From a virus (Duplodnaviria; Caudoviricetes), in the IMG/VR virus record IMGVR_UViG_3300025018_000020, positions 1 to 48,151 of that record: a stretch of 48,151 bases of DNA; one strand, given 5' to 3'. Below are positions 39,704-48,151 of this stretch, piece after piece (position 1 is the stretch's first letter; each line of letters starts with the position of its first letter). The position numbers were made by a program, and so were the translations under genes. The notes below the pieces were generated by a model. It did not search any database. It was not told the origin of the DNA and was given only the letters and a program-made list of their open reading frames with translations.

Positions 39704-40830
39704 TGGCACAGCTACAATGGAGATCAGACGATACTATTGCTTGGACACACCAGTTTGGAGATGGCCATGATGGTAGTACCTATGCTGCTCCAGCGTTAAC
39801 TGGATGTGCTGGAACTATTGCAACGAAAACCTTGTCACTTGAGGCAGCTAGTACCTTCGCTAATGGAGACCTAATCATAATTCACCAAACTCGTGGTACT
39901 CACAATTTATGGCAACTTAATAAAATTATCTCTGGTGGTGGCTCTACAACACTAACCCTCGAATCAGACTTAACAAACACTTACACAAACTCAGGAGCAT
40001 CACAGGCTCAGGTCATGGAGATGAAAGAATACGACGGGCTCACAAATACTGGAGTAACTCTTTCTACTTGGAATGGAAGTCAGTATGGAATTGTTGGCTA
40101 CTTCGACAAAGACATTCACACAATCTCTGGATCAATCAACGGAGATTCACGAGGATTTGATGGAGGAACTGGTGCTCCAAACAATACTGTTCAAACTGGT
40201 GAATCACACACTAAAGCCCTATTAACAGAAACTAAAAACACAGGTGGTTCTGGAGGAGGTGGAAACCAAGACTGCTCTGGTGCTGGTGGAGGTAATGGAG
40301 CTGCTGGAACAAATGGAACTAACGGGTGTATTGGTGGTATCGCTAGTGGAGCAGTTGCTTTAACATCCATAACACCTGGTGGAGGAGGCGGTGGTGGTTC
40401 AGCTGGTAATGGATCTGGATCAGGTGGCAACGGTGGTGGTATGGCCTTCATCTTTGCGAAAGATTTAGTCATAACTGGAAGCATTGTCATGAGGGGTGGA
40501 GCAGGCTCTAGTGGAGGCTCTGGTCGTGGCGGTGGAGGAGGAGCAGGTGGTTCAGTTCTACTTAAATGCGAGACAGCAACTCTGGGCACCAACAAAATCT
40601 TGGCAACTGGTGGTGCGGGAGGTAGTGGCTCAGAAGGTGCTGGTGGTGCTGGGTCAACTGGTCGTGTTCATTTAGACTATAAAACTTCTTACACAGGAAC
40701 TACGAGCCCGACCATAAATGTTACCCAGGATTCAACTATTACTGGAATTGCGGCCACAACAAACTATTTGGAGTATTATAGAAGAACAAGACTACCTGGA
40801 CTTATTCACGGAGTGGAGCCAGCAGCCTAA
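39703..40830 (+). CDS. Glycine-rich fibre tip / receptor-binding protein, paralog B
   Basis: Collinear homolog of 1781-2878; ATG overlaps the upstream stop (TAATG). Confidence 0.65.
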   Translation: MAQLQWRSDDTIAWTHQFGDGHDGSTYAAPALTGCAGTIATKTLSLEAASTFANGDLIIIHQTRGTHNLWQLNKIISGGGSTTLTLESDLTNTYTNSGASQAQVMEMKEYDGLTNTGVTLSTWNGSQYGIVGYFDKDIHTISGSINGDSRGFDGGTGAPNNTVQTGESHTKALLTETKNTGGSGGGGNQDCSGAGGGNGAAGTNGTNGCIGGIASGAVALTSITPGGGGGGGSAGNGSGSGGNGGGMAFIFAKDLVITGSIVMRGGAGSSGGSGRGGGGGAGGSVLLKCETATLGTNKILATGGAGGSGSEGAGGAGSTGRVHLDYKTSYTGTTSPTINVTQDSTITGIAATTNYLEYYRRTRLPGLIHGVEPAA

Positions 40831-40859
40831 TTGACACTCAGCTCGTTCTCATCTATGAT
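40831..40859 (+). promoter_or_regulatory. sigma70-type promoter TTGACA-N17-TATGAT, leaderless
   Basis: Near-consensus; 6 nt before ATG 40866 and no Shine-Dalgarno. Confidence 0.8.
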
Positions 40860-40865
40860 TGATTC

Positions 40866-41483
40866 ATGAACAAAACTTGGGAAGATGCTCAGGCTTGGGA
40901 GGCAGATTGGCATGGAAACTGTGTCAACTCTCTGGGCGAGGAGCTAAAACAACTTGTATACGCCGAGAAGATGGGATTAAAATTATCCCCAAATCCAAAA
41001 ACCCCTTATTCATTTGACCTTGAAGGAAAGTCTGTTTTAGACTTGGGCTCTGGTGCATATTCATTACTTTTGAAATGTGTGAATCTTGGTGATGCAGTAG
41101 CAATAGATCCTTTAATGGGAAAGTTTCCTAACTGGGTAGTTAATAGATACTTAGCTCAAAAAATTATGCCTTTCTCTTCTCCAGCAGAAGAGGTTGATTT
41201 TAATGGAGAGTTTGATGGAGAGTTTGATGAGGTATGGTTCTACAATGTGCTTGAACACACTTATAACCCAGAGAAGATTTGTAAGAACGCTCTAAGAGCT
41301 GGAAAGATAGTCAGAGTATTTGAGTGGTTGGACACTCGTTCTAACATCGGACACCCTCAAACACTTAGAAGAGAAGAACTAGACCTCTGGTTGGGTGGTG
41401 AAGGAAAAGTAGAAGAGATTAGGAGAGGTGGTGCAGTGGGAAAATGTTACTATGGAGTCTTCAAAGGAGATAGCCATGAGTAA
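40866..41483 (+). CDS. Class I SAM-dependent methyltransferase
   Basis: VLDLGSG, AIDPL, NVLEH. Confidence 0.8.
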   Translation: MNKTWEDAQAWEADWHGNCVNSLGEELKQLVYAEKMGLKLSPNPKTPYSFDLEGKSVLDLGSGAYSLLLKCVNLGDAVAIDPLMGKFPNWVVNRYLAQKIMPFSSPAEEVDFNGEFDGEFDEVWFYNVLEHTYNPEKICKNALRAGKIVRVFEWLDTRSNIGHPQTLRREELDLWLGGEGKVEEIRRGGAVGKCYYGVFKGDSHE

Positions 41484-42609
41484 AACATTTCATCTTTTAG
41501 GGCTTGCTCATTTACCAGTCTCAGAGAAATACATGGCCTGTGCTTTTACGCAAAAGATTGTGAAGATGTCTAAGATGCTCTTAAATATGGGGCACACTGT
41601 TTATCTCTATGGCTCAGAGGGTAGTGATGCTCCTTGTACAGAGTTTGTTCAAACACACTCACTTAAAGACATCAGAGACTCATGGGGAGAGGGGAACAAC
41701 CTATTTGATATTGGATACGACTGGAAGAATAATGGATTCAAAGTTGACTTCAACACAGAGAAAACAGAGTGTACTAAGAAGTATTACAAAAACTGTATTA
41801 AAGAGATTAACAAACGCAAAAAAGATGATGATTATTTAATGATTACACAGGGTGCTTATCAGAAGGTAATTGATGATGGAGTTGGTCTTTATCTCACTAT
41901 TGAGCCTGGTATTGGATACCGTGGTTCTTATGCTAAGTTTAGAGCCTTTGAATCTAGTTACATCCAGAACTTTACTTACGGTTCTCAAAACCCCTTCAAG
42001 TCTATCAATGGGGCTTACTACGACAGAGTTATTCCTAACTACTACGACCTCAAAGATTTCCCAGCAGAATATATAGCTGAGGATAAAGATGATTACTTTG
42101 CTTATGTTGGAAGACAGATACCCCGTAAGGGTATAGATACCGCCATCAAAACTTGTGATGCTATCAGCACTAAGTTAAAGATTGCTGGGCAGGGTAAGTA
42201 TAAGACAAACTCCCCTAATGTGGAGTTTGTTGGATTTGTTGATGCTAAACAGAGATTTGATTTAATGACTAATGCTAAGGCAGTCTTTGTTCCTACTATC
42301 TACTTAGAACCCTTTGGTGGTGTAGCAGTAGAGGCCATGTTGTCTGGGACTCCAGTCATAACAACTAATTTTGGGGTATTCCCAGAATATGTTAGTGAAG
42401 AGGTTGGGGTTAGGTGTAGTACCCTACAAGATTTTGTTAATGCTACTGAGGAGGTTAGATATATAGACCCGCGGACTATCAGAGAATATGCGGAGAATAG
42501 ATTTAGTTTGGAGGCTGTTAGTCAGCAGTATCACAAATGGTTTGAAGACTTGTATAATTTGTATGAGAGCACAAAAGACTCAACTAAAAAGGGTTGGCAT
42601 AGAATATGA
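41476..42609 (+). CDS. Glycosyltransferase family 4
   Basis: YVGR..RKG, EPFGGVAVEAMLSGTPVI; likely ATG at 41476. Confidence 0.9.
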   Translation: MSKTFHLLGLAHLPVSEKYMACAFTQKIVKMSKMLLNMGHTVYLYGSEGSDAPCTEFVQTHSLKDIRDSWGEGNNLFDIGYDWKNNGFKVDFNTEKTECTKKYYKNCIKEINKRKKDDDYLMITQGAYQKVIDDGVGLYLTIEPGIGYRGSYAKFRAFESSYIQNFTYGSQNPFKSINGAYYDRVIPNYYDLKDFPAEYIAEDKDDYFAYVGRQIPRKGIDTAIKTCDAISTKLKIAGQGKYKTNSPNVEFVGFVDAKQRFDLMTNAKAVFVPTIYLEPFGGVAVEAMLSGTPVITTNFGVFPEYVSEEVGVRCSTLQDFVNATEEVRYIDPRTIREYAENRFSLEAVSQQYHKWFEDLYNLYESTKDSTKKGWHRI

Positions 42610-43001
42610 AAAAGAAAATAACATACAACAATAAGAGGTTTTACAAAAAGACCATTGTCTCAAAAATGGAGTACGACAAGATTATTGATGAAGGTGCTGT
42701 TGCCTATGAAATACTCAATGATGAGAGGTTTGAGTTTGTTCGTCTACTCTTACAGTCTCCAAGAGACTACGCCAGAGAATCAATCTTAAACAACACAATC
42801 ACAGATGTCTCAGAAGAAGTAACTGTCTCAGACCGTATTAAAAAGATTTTCTCAAGAAAAAAGAAAGACCAAGTAGATGAATTAGTTGGCCAATATAAAG
42901 TTATCAACAAGTTCTTTGACGACCTACAAGATAGGATTGAAACTAAAGAACAGTTGGAGAGAGGTGTTGCTAACGACACCATAGTAATCCAAGATGCCTA
43001 A
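42606..43001 (+). CDS. Hypothetical protein (head module)
   Basis: Packed ORF before the scaffold gene. Confidence 0.6.
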   Translation: MKKKITYNNKRFYKKTIVSKMEYDKIIDEGAVAYEILNDERFEFVRLLLQSPRDYARESILNNTITDVSEEVTVSDRIKKIFSRKKKDQVDELVGQYKVINKFFDDLQDRIETKEQLERGVANDTIVIQDA

Positions 43002-43314
43002 TTTTGATAAACCACTAAACGAATGGGTTGAAGAGGAAGTAGAAATCCCCTCTTTTGAGCCAGTAGTTAATGAAGAGCATAAGAGAGTCGAGTTTAGACA
43101 GACAATGAAGAAGGCCACTCGTAAGACCTATTATGCCAAATCAGAACCCAGACAGTTAATTTGCAACGAACATTTCTTTTACCCAGAAGACAAAAAAAAG
43201 GCTCTATTTGCCTGTAACAAATGTAATTACAAAAAAATAGCATACCCAGTGACATATAGATACAATCCAGAGACAGGAAGACTAACCCACAGAATAACTC
43301 AAAAAACAGTTTAG
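42994..43314 (+). CDS. Hypothetical protein with C..H/CxxC motif
   Basis: CNEH...CNKC. Confidence 0.6.
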   Translation: MPNFDKPLNEWVEEEVEIPSFEPVVNEEHKRVEFRQTMKKATRKTYYAKSEPRQLICNEHFFYPEDKKKALFACNKCNYKKIAYPVTYRYNPETGRLTHRITQKTV

Positions 43315-43354
43315 TTCTATCTAGTTGTCTCTATGTAATCTATTATGTTTGTAG

Positions 43355-43400
43355 GCAGCCAAGTTTTTCTCCCAAGGAATTACTTGGCTGTTCTCTTTTT
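43355..43400 (+). terminator. Probable intrinsic terminator
   Basis: CAGCCAAGT/ACTTGGCTG stem followed by TTCTCTTTTT. Confidence 0.6.
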
Positions 43401-43432
43401 CCTCGAGTACATGTAATGGTTACATAAACCAT

Positions 43433-43462
43433 GACACATATAAGACCTTTCTCCCCTAGTAT
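43433..43462 (+). promoter_or_regulatory. Putative late promoter GACACA-N18-TAGTAT
   Basis: GACACA 43433-43438, TAGTAT 43457-43462, upstream of scaffold and capsid. Confidence 0.75.
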
Positions 43463-43565
43463 ATGAATAGTTAATATACCGCCTTTTCTGCAACCAGCAG
43501 AACTTCGGGGTGCGAACCTCGTTATACAAATCGTTAGGTGAAGCAGGGGGGCAAGAAAGGAATCT

Positions 43566-44429
43566 ATGACAGACGAATCTGTTATGGTAGACGAGGGACA
43601 AAATGTCTCTTCTGATGAATCACAAGATGATTCGCAGGAACTTAACAATCAAACCGATGATAGTCAGGTGACTGACGATTCAGAGGGGGAAGATGGAGAG
43701 GCTCAGTACACTGAAAAGGGTACTAAGTTAGATCCAAATCCTCAATCTGCCGTTCATCAAGAACTTGCTAACGCAAGAAGAACGATTCAGCAGATGGAGG
43801 GGGTTCTCACTAACCCTACTCTTCTTAAACGCTATGCCGAACAAAACGGCATGACCCTTGCAGAGGCTAAGGCCGACATCAAGGAAGACCAAGAAGAACA
43901 GGAAGATTTGATTGAGGAGTTTACTCCTGACCAGTTCCAAACCAGAGAAGACATAGCCAAGGCTCTTAACACAATTAGAAGTACCACTTCTAAAACTGTT
44001 AAAGAGTTAAAGGCGGAAAACCAGCGTCTTCGAGAAGGTTATAAAGGGATTAACAGTAGCCGTGAATTAGAGCGTGTTGCAAACAACATGCAAAAAGACA
44101 TTACTACGGTTCGGGAAAAATACCCTGAACTTAATCCAAGTAGCCCTGACTTCGATAAGGAGCTCGAACAGTCCATTGGTGAGCTGTACCACGAGTTGGA
44201 TTTCGATCCAACTTCACAAACCTTTAGAGGGAAAGTATCTATCGCTAAGATAGCTGACCGAATAATGACGGCAGCTGGAAGAGCAAAGAAACAGGGCTCT
44301 CGACAGGCACAGACGGATGTTAGAGTGAAGCAAGCAGGTAAAGTTAATCAGAGTAAAGGGAAGTCTGGAGGTACAAGTACCCAAGGAATGACCATTGCTC
44401 AAAAAATAGCAAAAGCATACGGTAACTAA
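43566..44429 (+). CDS. Capsid scaffolding protein
   Basis: Acidic N-terminus, coiled coil, KYPEL motif, basic C-terminus; directly before the capsid gene. Confidence 0.75.
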   Translation: MTDESVMVDEGQNVSSDESQDDSQELNNQTDDSQVTDDSEGEDGEAQYTEKGTKLDPNPQSAVHQELANARRTIQQMEGVLTNPTLLKRYAEQNGMTLAEAKADIKEDQEEQEDLIEEFTPDQFQTREDIAKALNTIRSTTSKTVKELKAENQRLREGYKGINSSRELERVANNMQKDITTVREKYPELNPSSPDFDKELEQSIGELYHELDFDPTSQTFRGKVSIAKIADRIMTAAGRAKKQGSRQAQTDVRVKQAGKVNQSKGKSGGTSTQGMTIAQKIAKAYGN

Positions 44430-44450
44430 AAATTACCAAGAAAGGTAAAT

Positions 44451-45602
44451 ATGGGAGCAGTCCAATATGGTCAACGCTCTACCTTAGGTGCCTCTGATAT
44501 GGATCTTCACATTGAGATTGAAGAAAATATCAAAGATTATCCTAAGTATAGAAAAGAGTTGATTAACCGTTTAGACGGTAAAAACTTTGAAAAAGCAGTG
44601 AAGTCTCACAAGATCGAATGGGGCAACAGGGACAACAGAAAACTCGCAACCACAGCTAATGTGGGTTGTGCAGCTGATGGTACTACCATCGTTGTTAACG
44701 ATCCTGGTGTTCTAAATGTAGACGAGGTTTTCCAAGATGCAGCTGGTTCTCAGTACATCGTTGAGTCAGTCGGTGGTGGTGTAAATATCACTTTCAGACA
44801 CTTAACTGGTAGTACCGCTCAAACCACCATCGTCTCTGGAGAAGCAATCACAGTAGTCGGACACGCAACCCCTCAGGGTAAAAATGCTGACAACATGATC
44901 GTCACTCCTTTTGTTGATCTTTACAACTTCACGACTATTCTTGAAGATGTGGTTGATCTAACTGGTACTGAACACAAAGCCATGATTCGTGGTGAAGAGG
45001 GTTCAGACAAGTTAATCGCAAGAAAACAAATGGAACTCGTGGAGAAATGGCAACGCCAAATGGTTGTTGGTATTCGTATGGAAGATAAGGCTCGTAAACT
45101 TACCACCTCTGGTGGAATCAAGTTTATGATTGATACTTATGCTTCTGACAATGCTATCGACTTCGGTGGAGACATTTGGGCTTCTGATAGAGCTGTGGAA
45201 GATGTATTAGATGGTGCTCTCGATTTAATCGCTGACAAGGCGTTCGAGAAACCAGTTATGTATGTTACTCCAGCCTTCATGAAGAAGTTTAAGTACATCC
45301 AAGATGGTGAGATGCGAACTACTTTTAGAGATAAAAATAGAGGCATCGGTGTTGTTAAGGTATACAATAGTCATGTCTTCGGAGAAATTGATGTAGTTCA
45401 ACTCCAAGGTATGGGTGGAGTCATGGATGACCTCGTCTTCTTAGTCGATGAGTCTATGATTGGATACAAGGCATTTAGACCTTGGTTCACTACACCACTT
45501 GCTAAACTGGGCGACAGCTACAGATGGCAAGTATTAGGCGAATACACATTCAAGATGGATGTGCCAGAAGCCTGTGTGTACTTGTACAACTTGGGACTTT
45601 AA
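44451..45602 (+). CDS. Major capsid protein (SU10/DUF5309-like)
   Basis: KIEW, NFTTIL, SGGI, LAKLGD...GEYTF. Confidence 0.85.
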   Translation: MGAVQYGQRSTLGASDMDLHIEIEENIKDYPKYRKELINRLDGKNFEKAVKSHKIEWGNRDNRKLATTANVGCAADGTTIVVNDPGVLNVDEVFQDAAGSQYIVESVGGGVNITFRHLTGSTAQTTIVSGEAITVVGHATPQGKNADNMIVTPFVDLYNFTTILEDVVDLTGTEHKAMIRGEEGSDKLIARKQMELVEKWQRQMVVGIRMEDKARKLTTSGGIKFMIDTYASDNAIDFGGDIWASDRAVEDVLDGALDLIADKAFEKPVMYVTPAFMKKFKYIQDGEMRTTFRDKNRGIGVVKVYNSHVFGEIDVVQLQGMGGVMDDLVFLVDESMIGYKAFRPWFTTPLAKLGDSYRWQVLGEYTFKMDVPEACVYLYNLGL

Positions 45603-45665
45603 TATAACAATATAAAGAGAACTATGGGGGTTGTACCCACAGCCCCCACTCTTGAAAGGTAAAAT

Positions 45666-45836
45666 ATGGCAACAGGAACAGCAGTTGGTATGACCACTTT
45701 CGTACTGGGCAGAGAACAAGATGGAAATCTTGAGACCTACACTTTCGAAAACGGCCAAGAGTATGACACAAGTCTTACTCAAGCAATGGTGCAAGCCTAT
45801 ACCGCTAACGATGCTACATTCCCTTATCCAGCCTAG
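45666..45836 (+). CDS. 56-aa protein after capsid, possible decoration protein (not in ORF track)
   Basis: GAAAGG ribosome-binding site; MATGTAVGMTTFVLGREQDGNLETYTFENGQEYDTSLTQAMVQAYTANDATFPYPA. Confidence 0.65.
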   Translation: MATGTAVGMTTFVLGREQDGNLETYTFENGQEYDTSLTQAMVQAYTANDATFPYPA

Positions 45837-45864
45837 TTGGGTAATGGTTACACAGTAATCGGAG

Positions 45865-45894
45865 ACTCCCCACTCTAAAAAGGTGGGGAGTTTT
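45865..45894 (+). terminator. Intrinsic terminator of the capsid operon
   Basis: ACTCCCCAC/GTGGGGAGT stem followed by a T-run. Confidence 0.8.
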
Positions 45895-45901
45895 GTATTA
45901 A

Positions 45902-45931
45902 GACACAAATAGATTGAAAACACTCTAGTAT
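45902..45931 (+). promoter_or_regulatory. Putative late promoter GACACA-N18-TAGTAT
   Basis: Immediately after the terminator, before the adaptor gene. Confidence 0.78.
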
Positions 45932-45940
45932 TAGAGGTAT

Positions 45941-46660
45941 ATGGCATATACATCTCAACAGACAACAATTCAAACCCTAGGAGATGTCCTAGACTTCATG
46001 GCTCCACACGCTGGAGGCTCAGTCCCAGATGACGATTCCACAGAGTACGCAGAGTGGGTCATGTGGATTAAAAATAAGTATGAAGAATACGCTAGGAGAG
46101 GATTTTGGAGAAGAACCCTAACTAGAGAAATAATCACCCTAACAGAAGGAGAAGAGACACATGTTTTACCTGATAGGTTTTTCAAACCTAATGGGCTCTA
46201 TATGTGTGTTGTTAATGAGGTTGATTGGAATGAACCAGGTAACTCAGATGACCAAACAATTTTTATTGAGATGGTTGGAGACCCAGATAGCGAAGACTTC
46301 GGTAAATGGCAAATGAGATTTAAGAACGCAGTAGAAGAGACAGATGCTACTGTAGTTATTTGGTATTTTGCTATGCCTCCTATCCCTGGAGCTAGTACAG
46401 ATAAACTAATTCTCCCAGGAGATATGATTGGTTTTGCAGCACTTTCAGAATACTTTAGACAGGCCAATCAACCAGGTTCTCAAGACGATGCCAAAGCAGA
46501 TGCAGAAAATAGATTCGCAGAATATATGGCTCTGGAAGTTATCCCAGCTAAAAATGAATTATTAACTAACAGTGAAAATCAATCCATCAGAATTGATAGA
46601 TTACAAGTTGCTAAAAACTACTACCGAAACAGACCAAATAGAAACTCAAGAGTTTATTAA
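45941..46660 (+). CDS. Head-tail adaptor (tail tubular A-like)
   Basis: W..T...ITL......LPDRF pattern; between capsid and nozzle genes. Confidence 0.65.
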   Translation: MAYTSQQTTIQTLGDVLDFMAPHAGGSVPDDDSTEYAEWVMWIKNKYEEYARRGFWRRTLTREIITLTEGEETHVLPDRFFKPNGLYMCVVNEVDWNEPGNSDDQTIFIEMVGDPDSEDFGKWQMRFKNAVEETDATVVIWYFAMPPIPGASTDKLILPGDMIGFAALSEYFRQANQPGSQDDAKADAENRFAEYMALEVIPAKNELLTNSENQSIRIDRLQVAKNYYRNRPNRNSRVY

Positions 46661-46671
46661 AGGAGATTTTT

Positions 46672-48151
46672 ATGTATAAAAAGACTCCTCGAAGAAACAA
46701 CCCACCAGTAAAAAGAGCAGGTTCAAGTGGTTTCCCAGAGGGACTTAACACACTAGCTCATCCTTCAACACTCAAAGACACTGAACTCGCAGAATTGATT
46801 AACGGTGTTTATTCCCAATATGGAACTGTCTCAAAAAGACAGGGAAGTGAAGTTCTTGGTGAGGCGGCTGCTGGGGCTACTAAAATCTTAAACATGGGTG
46901 AGACTTACAACATAGGTGGTGAAGACTATATGATTCGTATTTCTGACTCAGGGTTAGCAGAATACTGGAACTTCACAGCTAAGTCATGGGATCCACTGTC
47001 TTTTACTGCTCCAGATGGATATGTTGGTACTACCCCTTCGTTCGCAGATGGAACTCCTACTTTTAATACTGACTCAACAACATGGGTTGTTCAGGCCAAC
47101 TCAAAGATTTATTTCACTAATGAAACTGACGATATGGTTTGGCTTGATGAAGATGGTTGGCACATCAACACTGAGTTGGCAGACCCAACAACAAAACCAA
47201 CGGTCGCTAAGACTGGCTCTGGAACTGGGTTAACAAAATACTTTTATTACTATGTTTGGTATAACGACGCTGGTGGAACATCCTCATCTCCTGGTGCTGA
47301 TGCAGATGTAGATGCCTCTGGTACTGGGTGGATTGATAATATGCCACTCTCACTAGATGCTGATACTTATGTAACCCTTACACTTCCTACTGCTCCAGCT
47401 GGGACTACTAGGGTTGGTATCTTCAAATCAAACAGACAGGGTGAAGGGTTCTTCTTGGATGCTGTCGAACCTACTGACACAAGTTATGTTGATAAAGGAG
47501 AAATCGCTACTGATACTTTTTATGAGTTCCCAGACTCTAATACTACTATTGGTTATCACTTCAAATTACTTGATTTTTACTCGGGCTCTTTAGTTGGTGT
47601 AACAACTGAGTTTGGAGATGATACTTTGGTTTGGGACGGTGGCCTAGACAAGATTGGTAATTTTGGCCTTCCTGATGGTGGAGGATATGTTCAATATAGA
47701 CAAGGTGATGGTACTAAGATTAGAGCAATTAAGGCTCATGTGGCCTCTAATGAAAACTCTTTATTTGTTTTCAAAGACCAAGTGTTTGGTAAGTTCCAAT
47801 TTGTATCTAGTGGAGACTTTATTGGAGAGGGGCGTGTGCAGGATGTTAATATCGCTGTCGGGTCTATCTCTAAGTTCTCTCCACACACAGCTGGTAATAA
47901 CCTAAGGTTCTGGTCTCGTGATGGAGCATCTACCGTTGGTAATGAGGCTAACTACGGAACAATCTTGAGATACTCAGTTCTCTCTTTGAGGGCTGATTCT
48001 ATTGTTAATCAGATTACTGCAACTAATATATCTAGTGTTTGTGGGGTTTTCTTTAAGTCGCTCTCTCTCTTTGGTATTTCAACAGGAGCTAGTGGTTCGG
48101 GTAATAATGCAATCCTTGCTTATGATGAAAGATATAACGCCTGGTCTTTAT
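46672..48151 (+). CDS. N-terminal part of tail nozzle / stabilisation protein (continues through the origin to 711)
   Basis: AAGGAG then ATG 46672; MYKKTPRRNNPP..GFPEGLNT..SKRQG; frame appears open to the window end. Confidence 0.75.
   Translation, partial: MYKKTPRRNNPPVKRAGSSGFPEGLNTLAHPSTLKDTELAELINGVYSQYGTVSKRQGSEVLGEAAAGATKILNMGETYNIGGEDYMIRISDSGLAEYWNFTAKSWDPLSFTAPDGYVGTTPSFADGTPTFNTDSTTWVVQANSKIYFTNETDDMVWLDEDGWHINTELADPTTKPTVAKTGSGTGLTKYFYYYVWYNDAGGTSSSPGADADVDASGTGWIDNMPLSLDADTYVTLTLPTAPAGTTRVGIFKSNRQGEGFFLDAVEPTDTSYVDKGEIATDTFYEFPDSNTTIGYHFKLLDFYSGSLVGVTTEFGDDTLVWDGGLDKIGNFGLPDGGGYVQYRQGDGTKIRAIKAHVASNENSLFVFKDQVFGKFQFVSSGDFIGEGRVQDVNIAVGSISKFSPHTAGNNLRFWSRDGASTVGNEANYGTILRYSVLSLRADSIVNQITATNISSVCGVFFKSLSLFGISTGASGSGNNAILAYDERYNAWSL
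48025..48151. repeat. Terminal direct repeat copy 2
   Basis: Identical to 1-127. Confidence 0.97.

Noticed and set aside
43463-43565. tRNA gene
   Set aside because: Hairpins are present but there is no acceptor stem, T-loop consensus or cloverleaf; no tRNA was seen elsewhere.
48025-48151. Biological direct terminal repeat
   Set aside because: The 127-nt length matches a common assembler k-mer and the repeat falls in the middle of a continuous gene, so it indicates circular assembly.

Overview
The window is an apparently complete, circularly assembled dsDNA tailed-phage genome of 48,024 unique bp; bases 1-127 are repeated at 48025-48151, most likely an assembly overlap. The architecture is podovirus-like: small and large terminase, P22-type portal, scaffold, major capsid, adaptor, nozzle, probable ejection proteins and no tape measure. 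A minus-strand early/replication arm (about 9.8-23.7 kb) carries a primase-helicase, initiator, SSB, RecA, SF2 helicase, Cas4-like nuclease and NinG. A plus-strand late arm carries 5 glycosyltransferase and 3 methyltransferase genes, a Gly-Asp-Thr collagen-like fibre and duplicated Gly-rich tip proteins. I saw no integrase, DNA polymerase, tRNA or CRISPR array. The most notable unexplained signal is regulatory: six copies of a bipartite motif (G/T)(A/T)CACA-N18-TA(G/A)TAT, all upstream of virion-type genes, together with a phage protein that resembles only the C-terminal half (region 3.2/4) of a sigma factor. Two further operator-like motifs, several leaderless sigma70-type promoters, two structured RNA leaders and a shared docking-like peptide are also visible. 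All protein calls are by-eye motif recognition; no searches were run. A CPR/Patescibacteria-like host is only an inference.
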